NCBI GenBank assembly: GCA_045605085.1
Contig: JAZUPI010000004.1
Location: 44,114-108,113 of the forward strand
Origin: Acutalibacteraceae bacterium
Lineage (GTDB): Bacteria; Bacillota; Clostridia; Oscillospirales; Acutalibacteraceae
Length of the DNA stretch: 64,000 nt
Direction of reading: 5' to 3'
Shown here: one piece after another, positions 27,112 to 36,154 of the stretch
Layout of the letters: the number at the start of each line of letters is the position of its first letter
Numbering within the stretch: position 1 is the first letter of the stretch
Notes under the pieces: model-generated
The model's database searches: none
Seen by the model: only the letters and a program-made list of their open reading frames with translations
What the model was told of the DNA's origin: nothing
Program-made: the position numbers and the translations under genes

Positions 27112-28776
27112 TTAGAGTGATTCAATCACTGCGTTTATTCTTTCGTTAACCCTTTCCTTACCCAAAAGATTCATAATTGAGCAAAGGTCAGGTGTATTTT
27201 TTCTTGAGGTAACTGCAAGACGAATAACTGTTGAAACGTCACCTACATGGCCCTTGAAGGCATCAGGATTTTTCTTGTATTCCTTAACGTTAGGGGTAAA
27301 GCCTAAAGGCTCGCACATATCCTTGATTTTTGAGAACCATATTTCTTTATCGTCTGCACTGTCATAAACTGTAATATATTTTTGGAGGATTGCTTTTGCA
27401 TCTTCCTTTGCAATATTTTCAGGAAGCTGGAAGCAAGGGATGTAATACTCGTCAAACATATATTGGAAGTACTCTTTAACCTCACACCACTTTGCAATAT
27501 CCTTTCTTGGCTTAGGACTTTCTCTGTCAATGTTAACAAGGGCTGTTGAAAAAGCCTTGTCCTGAGTAAACACCTTAAAGAAATCTTCATCGTACTTTTC
27601 TGCCCAGGCTGAAATGTAACTGTAAACTGTGTCTGCCTTCATAACAGAAATTACGTTTTTGCTGACGTCGTTAAGCTTTACAAGATCAAAAAGACATCCG
27701 CTAGGACTCATCTTTTTAAGGTTAAATGGAAAGCTGAAAGCGTCTACTGTGGGGTTTGCTCTGCGCCAATCCTCAAAGTTTGAGTTAAGAAGAGTAAGAA
27801 GGTACTCTATAAGACTCTCTTTTGGGAAACCCTGTTCAACAAAATAGCTTACTGCTGCCTCAGGGTCTTTACGTTTTGAAAGCTTACGCTTTGTGCCGTC
27901 CTCTTCGTCAATCTTCATAACCTGTGGTGTGTGTGCGTATTTTGGAACACGGAAGCCACAAGCCTTGAAAAGTGCAATGTGCTTTGGCACAGATGAAATC
28001 CATTCCTCTCCACGAATAACGTGGGTTGTTCTCATAAAGTGGTCATCGCAAGCGTGTGCAAAGTGGTATGTAGGAATACCATCTGACTTAAGTAAAACCT
28101 CGTCGATAATATTTTCCGGCATTTCGATTTTACCACGGATAATATCGTCGAAGAATATTCTCTTATCCTCACTACCGTCTGAACGGAAGCGCAACACGTA
28201 AGGCTTCCCTGCTTTTATATTTTCCTCAATCTCTTCAAAAGAAAGATCTCTGCATTTTGCCCATTTACCGAAGTAACCCCAAATAAGAGCATCGCCCTTT
28301 TCCTGCTCCTCACGGATTTGGGAAAGCTCCTCTGCAGTACAGAAGCAAGGGTATGCAAGTCCTTTTTGTACTAATTCCTTTGCAACCGTCTGATAAATCT
28401 CTGCACGCTGGCTTTGGGTGTATGGACCATACTCGCCCTTTTCCTGATTAAAACCTGTTACACCCTCGTCAAAGTCAATACCGAAGGATGCAAAGCCATT
28501 AATAATGGCAGAAACACCATCGTCTATTTCGCGCTTTTTGTCTGTATCTTCAATACGAAGGTAAGAAACGCCCTTTGTTGCCTTTGCAGTAAGCACGTCT
28601 ACAAGAGCACCGAAAAGACCACCTATGTGAAGATAGCCTGTTGGCGACGGAGCAAAACGTGTAACCCTTGCGCCTTCAGGAAGACCTCTTTCAGGATATT
28701 TTGCCTCCAGCTCCTCTACTGTACCACTGATGTGCGGAAACAACAATTCTGCTAACTTGTTGCAATCGTAATTCAT
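27112..28776 (-). CDS. gltX: glutamate--tRNA ligase (long form)
   Basis: RFAPSPTGYLHIGG HIGH motif and KLSKRK. Start at ATG 28776, 9 nt after GGAG. Confidence 0.85.
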   Translation of the reverse strand: MNYDCNKLAELLFPHISGTVEELEAKYPERGLPEGARVTRFAPSPTGYLHIGGLFGALVDVLTAKATKGVSYLRIEDTDKKREIDDGVSAIINGFASFGIDFDEGVTGFNQEKGEYGPYTQSQRAEIYQTVAKELVQKGLAYPCFCTAEELSQIREEQEKGDALIWGYFGKWAKCRDLSFEEIEENIKAGKPYVLRFRSDGSEDKRIFFDDIIRGKIEMPENIIDEVLLKSDGIPTYHFAHACDDHFMRTTHVIRGEEWISSVPKHIALFKACGFRVPKYAHTPQVMKIDEEDGTKRKLSKRKDPEAAVSYFVEQGFPKESLIEYLLTLLNSNFEDWRRANPTVDAFSFPFNLKKMSPSGCLFDLVKLNDVSKNVISVMKADTVYSYISAWAEKYDEDFFKVFTQDKAFSTALVNIDRESPKPRKDIAKWCEVKEYFQYMFDEYYIPCFQLPENIAKEDAKAILQKYITVYDSADDKEIWFSKIKDMCEPLGFTPNVKEYKKNPDAFKGHVGDVSTVIRLAVTSRKNTPDLCSIMNLLGKERVNERINAVIESL

Positions 28777-28964
28777 AACATATATCTCCATTATAATATA
28801 TTATAATTAATCATCTTATTATTGCAGAAAAACAAAAAAGTATCAATAGTTTTTAAGAAAAATATTTCCTTTATCCGTAAGAAAATTATTGAATTTTTCT
28901 TTATATTAGAATATCATTATAATTGAAGTATAATTTTTAATTGACGTTATTTCAAGGAGACGCT

Positions 28965-30731
28965 ATGGCTGAAAATTCAAAGAAAAAGCAAACACCGAAT
29001 ATTAAGCTTATTAAACGCTTTTTACCTTATTACAAGCAGCATTGGAAAACAATGGTTTTTGACTTGTTTTGTGCAGCGCTCACTACAATTTGTGAGCTTG
29101 TTTTACCTCTGTTTGTACGCTTTATTACAGATGCAGCAATCGATGACATTTCCCTTTTAACAACCAAAACAATACTCACCCTTGGTGGTACCTATATCTT
29201 ACTCAGGGTAATTGATTCCCTTGCAAACTACTATATGGCATCTATTGGCCATATTATGGGTACAAAAATGGAAACTAACATGAGAAAGGACCTTTTCGAG
29301 CATTTGCAGAAGCTTTCCTACTCATACTACGACAACACAAAGGTCGGCACAATAATGTCAAGAATTACAAGTGACCTTTTTGACGTTACCGAATTTGCCC
29401 ACCATTGTCCTGAAGAGTTTTTCATCGCTGGTATAAAGATTATTGTTTCCTTCATTATTCTCTGCTTCATAAACGTTCCACTTACACTTCTTTTATTTGC
29501 AGTCCTTCCTGTTATGATGATTTTCCTGCAATACTTCAAAAGACGTATGCGCGAGGGCTTTCGTGAATCAAGAAAGGTTGTTGGTGAATTAAACAGCCAG
29601 ATCGAAGATTCTCTTTTGGGCATTCGTGTTGTAAAGTCATTTGCTAATGAAAATATTGAAGAAAACAAGTTCAAAAAAGGCAACGAAAAATTCCTTCAAA
29701 TAAAATCAAGAGTTTACAAATATATGGGCTCACACAGCTCCATAAACAGAGCATCCGAGGGTATAATGTATATTGTTGTGGTAGTTGCCGGTGCTTTTGC
29801 GCTTGTAAAAGGTAAAATTCAGGCACCTGACTACATTGCATACCTTCTGTACATCTCAACGCTTCTTACGTCTATCAGAAGAATAATTGACTTTGCCGAG
29901 CAATTCCAGAGAGGTATGACGGGTATTGAACGTTTCGCAGAAATTATGGATACCCCACCAGATATCTTTGACAAAGAAAACGCACAGACGCTTACAGTTA
30001 AAAACGGTGAAATCGAATTTGAAAACGTTTCTTTCAAATATTCCGAGGAAACAGACGAAGTGCTTAACAACGTAAATATTCATATCGGCAGTGGTGAAAG
30101 TCTTGCACTCGTGGGTCCGTCAGGTGGTGGCAAAACTACAATCTGCAACCTTATCCCTCGTTTTTATGAAACAACGTCAGGTACAATAAAAATTGACGGC
30201 ACCGATATTCGCAACGTTACGCTTAAAAGTTTGCGCGAAAACATTGGTATTGTTCAACAGGATGTGTACCTTTTCTCCGGCACTGTAAGAGAAAATATCG
30301 AGTATGGTAAGCCGGGTGCAACAGAGGAAGAAATTCGCCAGGCAGCACGTCTTGCAGGTGCGGAAGAATTTATTGATAAGCTTCCACAAGGCTTTGACAC
30401 CTACGTTGGTGAGCGTGGCGTAAAGCTTTCCGGTGGTCAGAAGCAAAGAATAAGCATTGCACGTGTTTTTCTTAAAAACCCTAAGATTCTTATTCTTGAC
30501 GAGGCAACAAGTGCCCTTGACAACGAAAGTGAACACCTTGTTAAACAGTCCTTGGAAAGACTTGCAAAAGGCAGAACAACTATCACAGTTGCCCACAGAC
30601 TTACAACAATTAAAAACGCAGACAACATACTTGTCATTACAAAAGACGGCATTACAGAAAGCGGTAATCACCATCAGCTTATGGAAAAAGCCGGACTGTA
30701 TGCATCTATGTATGATATGTATGTTGTATAA
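28965..30731 (+). CDS. ABC exporter, fused permease/ATPase (homodimer type)
   Basis: 6-TM domain plus a canonical NBD with GPSGGGKTT, LSGGQKQRI, ILILDEATSALD and VAHRL. Start at ATG 28965 after AAGGAG. Confidence 0.85.
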   Translation: MAENSKKKQTPNIKLIKRFLPYYKQHWKTMVFDLFCAALTTICELVLPLFVRFITDAAIDDISLLTTKTILTLGGTYILLRVIDSLANYYMASIGHIMGTKMETNMRKDLFEHLQKLSYSYYDNTKVGTIMSRITSDLFDVTEFAHHCPEEFFIAGIKIIVSFIILCFINVPLTLLLFAVLPVMMIFLQYFKRRMREGFRESRKVVGELNSQIEDSLLGIRVVKSFANENIEENKFKKGNEKFLQIKSRVYKYMGSHSSINRASEGIMYIVVVVAGAFALVKGKIQAPDYIAYLLYISTLLTSIRRIIDFAEQFQRGMTGIERFAEIMDTPPDIFDKENAQTLTVKNGEIEFENVSFKYSEETDEVLNNVNIHIGSGESLALVGPSGGGKTTICNLIPRFYETTSGTIKIDGTDIRNVTLKSLRENIGIVQQDVYLFSGTVRENIEYGKPGATEEEIRQAARLAGAEEFIDKLPQGFDTYVGERGVKLSGGQKQRISIARVFLKNPKILILDEATSALDNESEHLVKQSLERLAKGRTTITVAHRLTTIKNADNILVITKDGITESGNHHQLMEKAGLYASMYDMYVV

Positions 30732-30770
30732 TTCCATCAGGAATTAAGGGGCTACGCTGTTTTTATAAAA

Positions 30771-30920
30771 GATGCCAGTCGCCAGCCACCAGAGCTTCGC
30801 ATAACTTTGTTTATTGAACAAATAAAATTGTGTGATAGCTTTAAATTTTCAATAATTTTAACTTATGAGCAACTTACAATTGCAATGCAGTTCCGAAATT
30901 TTCAATTTTGAATTTTTAAT
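30771..30920. repeat. mosaic intergenic repeat, locus B
   Basis: GATGCCAGTCGCCAGCCACCAGAGCTTCGC at 30771-30800. GTGTGATAGCTTT core at 30830-30842. Inverted box TTACAATTGCAATGCAGTTCC at 30874-30894. AT heptads GAAATTTTCAATTTTGAATTTTT at 30895-30917, abutting the deoD RBS. Confidence 0.8.
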
Positions 30921-30933
30921 AAGGAGAATGTAT

Positions 30934-31668
30934 ATGTCATACCCTACCCCTCACATAAACGCTACCCCTGAGGATTTTGCAAAAACCGTGCTTATGCCCG
31001 GCGACCCTTTGAGAGCAAAATTCATTGCAGAAAACTTCCTTGATAACGCAAGGCTTGTAAATAACGTAAGAGGTATACACGGCTACACAGGTGTATATAA
31101 AGGTGTGCCTGTTTCCGTTATGGCATCAGGTATGGGTATGCCTTCAATAGGCATTTACAGCTACGAGCTTTTCAATTTCTTTGAAGTAGAAAATATTATT
31201 CGTGTTGGCTCTGCAGGTGGTATGAGTAAAAACGTTAAGGTGCGCGATATTATTCTTGCACAGGGTGCTTGCACGAATTCAAATTATGCTCACAACTTTA
31301 ATTTACCCGGCACGTTCGCCCCTATTGCTGACTTTGACCTTTTAAGAAAAGCTGTAGAAAATGCAGAGGAATTAAAACTCGACTACAAGGTAGGTAACGT
31401 ACTTTCCTCCGATACCTTCTACAATGATGAAGTCGGCCTTTCTGATGAAATGAAATCAACTGCGCTTTGGGGCAAAATGGGTGTTTTAGGTGTAGAAATG
31501 GAAGCAGCAGCACTTTATATGAATGCTGCAAGAAGTGGAAAATCTGCCTTGGCTATCCTCACAATTTCCGACCATTTGCTTACAGGTAAAAGCCTTTCAG
31601 CTGACGACAGACAAAACACCTTTACCGACATGATGAAGCTTTCTCTTGAAACGGCGGTTAGTTTATAA
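30934..31668 (+). CDS. deoD: purine nucleoside phosphorylase, DeoD type
   Basis: MSYPTPHINA...VLMPGDPLRAKFIAE...GMGMPS...VEMEAAALY is typical of DeoD. Start at ATG 30934, 7 nt after AAGGAG. Confidence 0.9.
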   Translation: MSYPTPHINATPEDFAKTVLMPGDPLRAKFIAENFLDNARLVNNVRGIHGYTGVYKGVPVSVMASGMGMPSIGIYSYELFNFFEVENIIRVGSAGGMSKNVKVRDIILAQGACTNSNYAHNFNLPGTFAPIADFDLLRKAVENAEELKLDYKVGNVLSSDTFYNDEVGLSDEMKSTALWGKMGVLGVEMEAAALYMNAARSGKSALAILTISDHLLTGKSLSADDRQNTFTDMMKLSLETAVSL

Positions 31669-32789
31669 TGAATAAAATTCAACGAGTTTTTCTTATTGTG
31701 CTCGACAGCTGCGGCATAGGTGATGCACCTGATGCAGAGCAATTCGGTGACCTTGGGGCAAACACAATAAGGTCAATATCAAAATCACCGAGCTTTAATA
31801 TAGACACGCTTAAAAGCATTGGCTTCACCAACATAGACGGTCTTTCATATTTAGGTGATGGGACTTTGCTTTCAAGGGTGTCAAGGCTACGTGAGTTATC
31901 AAAGGGCAAGGACACTACTATAGGTCATTGGGAAATTGCAGGTATTGTTTCCCACAAGCCGTTGCCAACCTTCCCCCAAGGCTTTCCCCAAAGCTTTATT
32001 AAAGAATTTGAAAAAGCAATAGGAACACAGGTGCTTTGCAACAAGGCTTATTCAGGCACGGAGGTTTTAAAGGCCTTCGGTGAAGAGCACATAAAAACTG
32101 GCAAGCCTATTGTTTATACGTCTGCTGACAGCGTTTTTCAGATTGCTGCCCACGAGGACGTAATTCCACCTGAAAGGCTTTACGAAATTTGTAAAATTGC
32201 AAGAAATTTACTTCGTGATGATTTAGGAATTGGCAGAGTTATTGCAAGACCTTTCGAGGGTGAGTTTCCTTTTAAACGCACCCCTCGACGCCACGATTTT
32301 TCGTTAGCTCCACCAAATGACACCGTGCTTGACGAGCTTAAGGCTGAAGGCTTTGACGTTATAGGCGTGGGAAAAATACACGATATTTTTGCTGGTAAAG
32401 GGCTTACTGATTTTGTGTTTACTGAAAACAACACGGATGGTATGAAGAGAACGTCGGAATACCAAAACAAGGATTTTACAGGTCTTTGCTTTGTTAACCT
32501 TGTAGATTTCGATATGGTTTACGGTCACAGACGAGATGTGGACGGCTATGCACAGGCAATTAGTGAGTTTGATTGTTGGCTTAAAGACTTCATCAATAAT
32601 ATGAACGATGAAGATGCTCTTATAATAACTGCAGACCATGGATGCGACCCGTCTTTTTCGGGCACAGACCACACAAGAGAGTGTGTACCATTTATTCTTT
32701 ACAGCAAAAAAATATCCCCCGAAAATCTTGGCACAACAGACGGCTTTACTTTTGTTGCACACACAGTAAAAGCCCTTTTGAAAGGTTGA
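31668..32789 (+). CDS. deoB: phosphopentomutase
   Basis: VFLIVLDSCGIG...TADHGCDP metal-site motifs of DeoB. Confidence 0.85.
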   Translation: MNKIQRVFLIVLDSCGIGDAPDAEQFGDLGANTIRSISKSPSFNIDTLKSIGFTNIDGLSYLGDGTLLSRVSRLRELSKGKDTTIGHWEIAGIVSHKPLPTFPQGFPQSFIKEFEKAIGTQVLCNKAYSGTEVLKAFGEEHIKTGKPIVYTSADSVFQIAAHEDVIPPERLYEICKIARNLLRDDLGIGRVIARPFEGEFPFKRTPRRHDFSLAPPNDTVLDELKAEGFDVIGVGKIHDIFAGKGLTDFVFTENNTDGMKRTSEYQNKDFTGLCFVNLVDFDMVYGHRRDVDGYAQAISEFDCWLKDFINNMNDEDALIITADHGCDPSFSGTDHTRECVPFILYSKKISPENLGTTDGFTFVAHTVKALLKG

Positions 32790-32793
32790 TTTT

Positions 32794-33201
32794 ATGGAAA
32801 ACTTTGAACTTTTACAATTGGCTATTAAAGCAATGGAAAGCTCCTATTCCCCGTATTCACAGTGCAAGGTAGGTGCAGCTCTCCTTTGTGAAAACGGTAA
32901 GGTTTTTACAGGGACAAACATTGAGAACGCTGCCTTTTCCCCTACTGTTTGTGCCGAAAGAGTTGCTTTTTTCAAGGCAATATCTGAGGGTGAAAAAAGC
33001 TTTTCTAAAATAGCCGTCGTTGGTGGTAAAAACGGTATTATTAAAGGCATTTTTGCCCCTTGTGGCGTCTGCCGACAGGTTATGAGAGAATTTTGCAATG
33101 ATAATTTTCAGATTCTTTTAGGCAAAAGCGTCACAGAATTTGATCTTATAACCTTAAACGAGCTTTTACCCTTTTCATTTTCACCCAAGGACGTGAAGTA
33201 A
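32794..33201 (+). CDS. cdd: cytidine deaminase
   Basis: Zinc motifs CAERVA and PCGVCRQ. 135 aa. Confidence 0.9.
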   Translation: MENFELLQLAIKAMESSYSPYSQCKVGAALLCENGKVFTGTNIENAAFSPTVCAERVAFFKAISEGEKSFSKIAVVGGKNGIIKGIFAPCGVCRQVMREFCNDNFQILLGKSVTEFDLITLNELLPFSFSPKDVK

Positions 33202-33202
33202 T

Positions 33203-34501
33203 ATGAGAATGTACGATATTATAAAGAAAAAACGTGATGGTGCTGCCCTTTCAACAGAAGAAATCAATTTCTTTATAAAAGGCTACGTTGACGGCACTAT
33301 ACCGGACTATCAGGCATCTGCCTTGTGTATGGCAATTTTCTATTCAGGTATGACGGAAAAGGAAACTGCTGACCTTACCCTGAGTATGGCACACAGTGGA
33401 GATACCATTGACCTTTCGCAATTTGGTATGCTTACAGTTGACAAACACAGCACAGGTGGTGTTGGTGACAAAACTACGCTTATTGTAGCACCTATTGTTG
33501 CATCACTTGGTTGCATTATGGCAAAAATGAGTGGCAGAGGCTTAGGACACACAGGTGGTACAATAGACAAATTGGAATCTATTGAAGGCTTTAATACTCA
33601 GCTTTCTGCAAAAGAGTTTTTTGATACCGTAAACAAAACAGGCCTTGCTGTTGTAGGTCAGACAGGAAACCTTACACCTGCCGACAAAAAGCTTTACGCC
33701 CTTCGTGACGTTACTGCAACTGTAGACAGCTTACCACTTATTGCATCAAGCATTATGTCAAAAAAATTGGCAGCAGGAGCACATACAATAGTTTTAGACG
33801 TAAAATATGGCTCAGGTGCTTTTATGAAAACACCTGTAGATGCACAAGCGCTTGCAACCGAAATGGTTAAAATCGGCAACAACTGTGGCAGAAACACATC
33901 TGCAGTTATTACTAATATGGACGTTCCTTTAGGCAACAACGTAGGAAACGCCCTTGAGGTAAAAGAGGCAATAGATGTGCTTCGCGGCAACGGACCTGAC
34001 GACTTGAAAACAGTTTGTCTTGCCCTTGCTACACAAATTGTTTCCCTCTCAAAGGGGATTGATAAAAACCAGGCACAAGCTCTTACTGCAAACGCCCTTG
34101 AAAGTGGCGACGCCTTCCAAAAATTCAAGGAATGGATAGGTGCACAGGGTGGCAATACAGAATGGATTGAAAACACTGCGCTTTTCCCGACAGCTACACA
34201 TAAATATGAAATTAAGTCAACCTCAAACGGCTTTATTTCCCACATGGATGCAGAAAAAATCGGCATATGCGCCGTAATGCTTGGAGCAGGCAGAGAAACA
34301 AAAGCCGACGAAATTGATATGAGTGCAGGTATTGTTATGCAGAAGAAAACAGGTGATAAGGTTTGCGTTGGCGATACTATAGCAACCCTTTATACCTGCA
34401 AGGAAAGCGCAATTAAAAACGCAGAAGGAAAATTTCTTGAGGCAATAAGCATTTCAAATAAGAGGCTTGAAAACCAAGATTTAATTTACAGAATAATATA
34501 A
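33203..34501 (+). CDS. pdp: pyrimidine-nucleoside (thymidine) phosphorylase
   Basis: MRMYDIIKKKRDG...VDKHSTGGVGDKTTL...SGRGLGHTGGTIDKLE signature. Confidence 0.9.
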   Translation: MRMYDIIKKKRDGAALSTEEINFFIKGYVDGTIPDYQASALCMAIFYSGMTEKETADLTLSMAHSGDTIDLSQFGMLTVDKHSTGGVGDKTTLIVAPIVASLGCIMAKMSGRGLGHTGGTIDKLESIEGFNTQLSAKEFFDTVNKTGLAVVGQTGNLTPADKKLYALRDVTATVDSLPLIASSIMSKKLAAGAHTIVLDVKYGSGAFMKTPVDAQALATEMVKIGNNCGRNTSAVITNMDVPLGNNVGNALEVKEAIDVLRGNGPDDLKTVCLALATQIVSLSKGIDKNQAQALTANALESGDAFQKFKEWIGAQGGNTEWIENTALFPTATHKYEIKSTSNGFISHMDAEKIGICAVMLGAGRETKADEIDMSAGIVMQKKTGDKVCVGDTIATLYTCKESAIKNAEGKFLEAISISNKRLENQDLIYRII

Positions 34502-34566
34502 AAAATGCGCAGCCGAAGCCACGCACAAAAACACATAGCTCAACACTTTATAATTTCAACAAAAAT

Positions 34567-34598
34567 AAAAAGCTTCTTCATATACGAAGAAGCTTTTC
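34567..34598. terminator. bidirectional terminator hairpin
   Basis: Stem AAAAGCTTCTTC / GAAGAAGCTTTT, overlapping the stop of the minus-strand amidohydrolase gene. Confidence 0.65.
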
Positions 34599-35366
34599 TG
34601 CGTTTTTGTAATATATTTTTTCTTTTTCGCTTTCTGAAAGGTCAAGGGTTTCTATCATACCTATATCCCATGAGGGTGCGTGCCAAGGACAGTCGGATCC
34701 AAAAAGAAACCAATCCACACCTTTTTTATCAAGTATTTTCTGCGCACGAGGCTTAGGCATTGACGCGTAGCCGAATGCAGTATCAAAATAAACAGGAACG
34801 TCACAAAGGTATTTTATTACATCTTCTCCCATGTTAGCCGATCCCCAATGAGCGCACACCATTGGCGAATCTATCCACTTAGCTGCCTTTCTCAAGCGTT
34901 CGGGTGTTGCATGGTATGGTGGTGGGTAACCAATATCCTCTCCTGCATGAAAAAGAACAATAAGACCTAATTCCGATGCCTTTTTGTACAAGGGCTTCAT
35001 TTTTTCATCATCAACAAAAAATTGCTGATATTCAGGGTGGAATTTTATCCCCTTTACACCTGCAGCCTTAATTCTTTCAAGCTCTTCAAGGGCATTTTCT
35101 GCCCAAGGGTAAACAGAGCCAAAGGGTATAAGGCTTTCGCTTTCTAAAGAAATTATATAATCGTTTACTGCCTTTTGTTGTTTTTCATTTGTTGCAATGG
35201 CAAGGACAACACTTTTGTCTACACCATCCTTTTCCATAAGCTTTACAAGCCCCTCTGCAGTACCATCTGTTTGTGGAATAAGCCCCCCACCAAAAAAGCT
35301 TAGTTTTTCCATAGTTGCGTTTGCAATCTTAGGAGGGAATGCGTGAGTATGAAAATCTATTATCAT
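34578..35366 (-). CDS. amidohydrolase-2-type TIM-barrel metal-dependent hydrolase
   Basis: MIIDFHTHAFP N-terminal HxH, then later HPEYQ, FHAG and GSDCPW motifs. Confidence 0.7.
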   Translation of the reverse strand: MIIDFHTHAFPPKIANATMEKLSFFGGGLIPQTDGTAEGLVKLMEKDGVDKSVVLAIATNEKQQKAVNDYIISLESESLIPFGSVYPWAENALEELERIKAAGVKGIKFHPEYQQFFVDDEKMKPLYKKASELGLIVLFHAGEDIGYPPPYHATPERLRKAAKWIDSPMVCAHWGSANMGEDVIKYLCDVPVYFDTAFGYASMPKPRAQKILDKKGVDWFLFGSDCPWHAPSWDIGMIETLDLSESEKEKIYYKNAEKLLRI

Positions 35367-35605
35367 TTTTTCGCCTTCTTTTAAATTATAAGAAATATAA
35401 TAATACTGTTAGCAAAAAAATTCAATATATTAAATATCTCAAAAATTATTACGGAATGGTGGTGGGTAGTTCTTTTACCTCTTTTCTTCAGTTGGTGAGA
35501 AGAAAGTTTTAATAGATTAGATAACAGATAAATATGCTAAAAACTCTCCACTTCGTTTAATAATGATTTGTTGATTTTATCAACTTTATGTGATATACTT
35601 ATAGA

Positions 35606-35770
35606 TGCGACACAACTTAATTTTGGGACAGACTATAAGAGAAGTGTTTTTTATTTCGGTAAAAACACATTCTCTGTTTTGGCGTTCTCTTGTAGTTTGT
35701 CAAAAGTTGTGTCGCAGCAAGTGGAGTTATGTGTTTTTCGTGCGTAGCTTCGGCTGCGCATTTTTTGTTT
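35606..35770 (+). ncRNA. candidate structured leader or small RNA (unclassified)
   Basis: Promoter TTGATT (35571-35576), 17-nt spacer, TATACT (35594-35599). Extended hairpin with P1 35607-35618 paired to 35704-35715, P2 35627-35643 paired to 35685-35701, and apical stem 35644-35651 paired to 35661-35668. Terminator TGCGTAGC-TTCG-GCTGCGCA (35741-35760) plus T-run. Confidence 0.4.
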
Positions 35771-35785
35771 TTAGGGGGAATATTC

Positions 35786-35950
35786 GTGACAGAACAGGAG
35801 TTTAAAAGAGAGTTGGAGTTATACAAGAAAATGTATCATCTTATATTTAATACAGTAACTGATGTTATTGAGAAATCAGACGATGATATAATAAAAAAAA
35901 CTTTAATACAGGCACAACAAAAAGCAGAAGAATTGTATATACAAGGATAA
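35786..35950 (+). CDS. hypothetical 54-aa helical protein
   Basis: GTG start 6 nt after AGGGGGA. Sequence VTEQEFKRELELYKKMYHLIFNTVTDVIEKSDDDIIKKTLIQAQQKAEELYIQG. Followed by a strong terminator. Confidence 0.4.
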   Translation: MTEQEFKRELELYKKMYHLIFNTVTDVIEKSDDDIIKKTLIQAQQKAEELYIQG

Positions 35951-35966
35951 TCAATTAAAATAAATA

Positions 35967-36010
35967 GCTACAAGCTTACTTATAAATGTAAGCTTGTAGC
36001 CTTTAATTTC
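35967..36010 (+). terminator. rho-independent terminator
   Basis: 13-bp stem GCTACAAGCTTAC / GTAAGCTTGTAGC, then CTTTAATTT. Confidence 0.65.
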
Positions 36011-36012
36011 CT

Positions 36013-36112
36013 GTGAAGTTTTTGCTTTGTAAAAGTGAAGTTAAGTTTGCCAATATCACTTGCGTAGCAAACTTCACTACGAAGTAACTTCACTCACTTT
36101 AGTGAACTTCAC
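36013..36112. repeat. cluster of five GTGAAGTT / AACTTCAC octamers
   Basis: GTGAAGTT at 36013 and 36035 on the plus strand. AACTTCAC at 36070, 36086 and 36105 (reverse orientation). All lie within 100 bp of non-coding DNA. Confidence 0.7.
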
Positions 36113-36154
36113 TTGCCGTCAGGCAAACTTAGTTTTGTAACAAATATGCATTTG

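Noticed and set aside
28777-28964. Expected T-box leader upstream of gltX
   Set aside because: The region is short and AT-rich. It has no specifier-loop or T-box (AGGGTGGTACCGCG-like) sequence and no terminator/antiterminator pair.
30177-30737. 186-aa antisense ORF inside the ABC exporter gene. Similar long antisense ORFs are at 33694..34266, 63206..63769, 16841..17353, 13333..13698 and 38517..38918.
   Set aside because: All are fully embedded opposite well-supported conserved genes. They are Cys/Phe/Lys-rich or low-complexity and have no RBS, which is typical of shadow ORFs.
35605-35805. 66-aa ORF (MRHNLILGQTIREV...) and antisense 69-aa ORF in the structured leader region
   Set aside because: Both lie within a long self-complementary hairpin and run across an intrinsic terminator. 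Neither has an RBS. The RNA-structure interpretation explains the sequence better.
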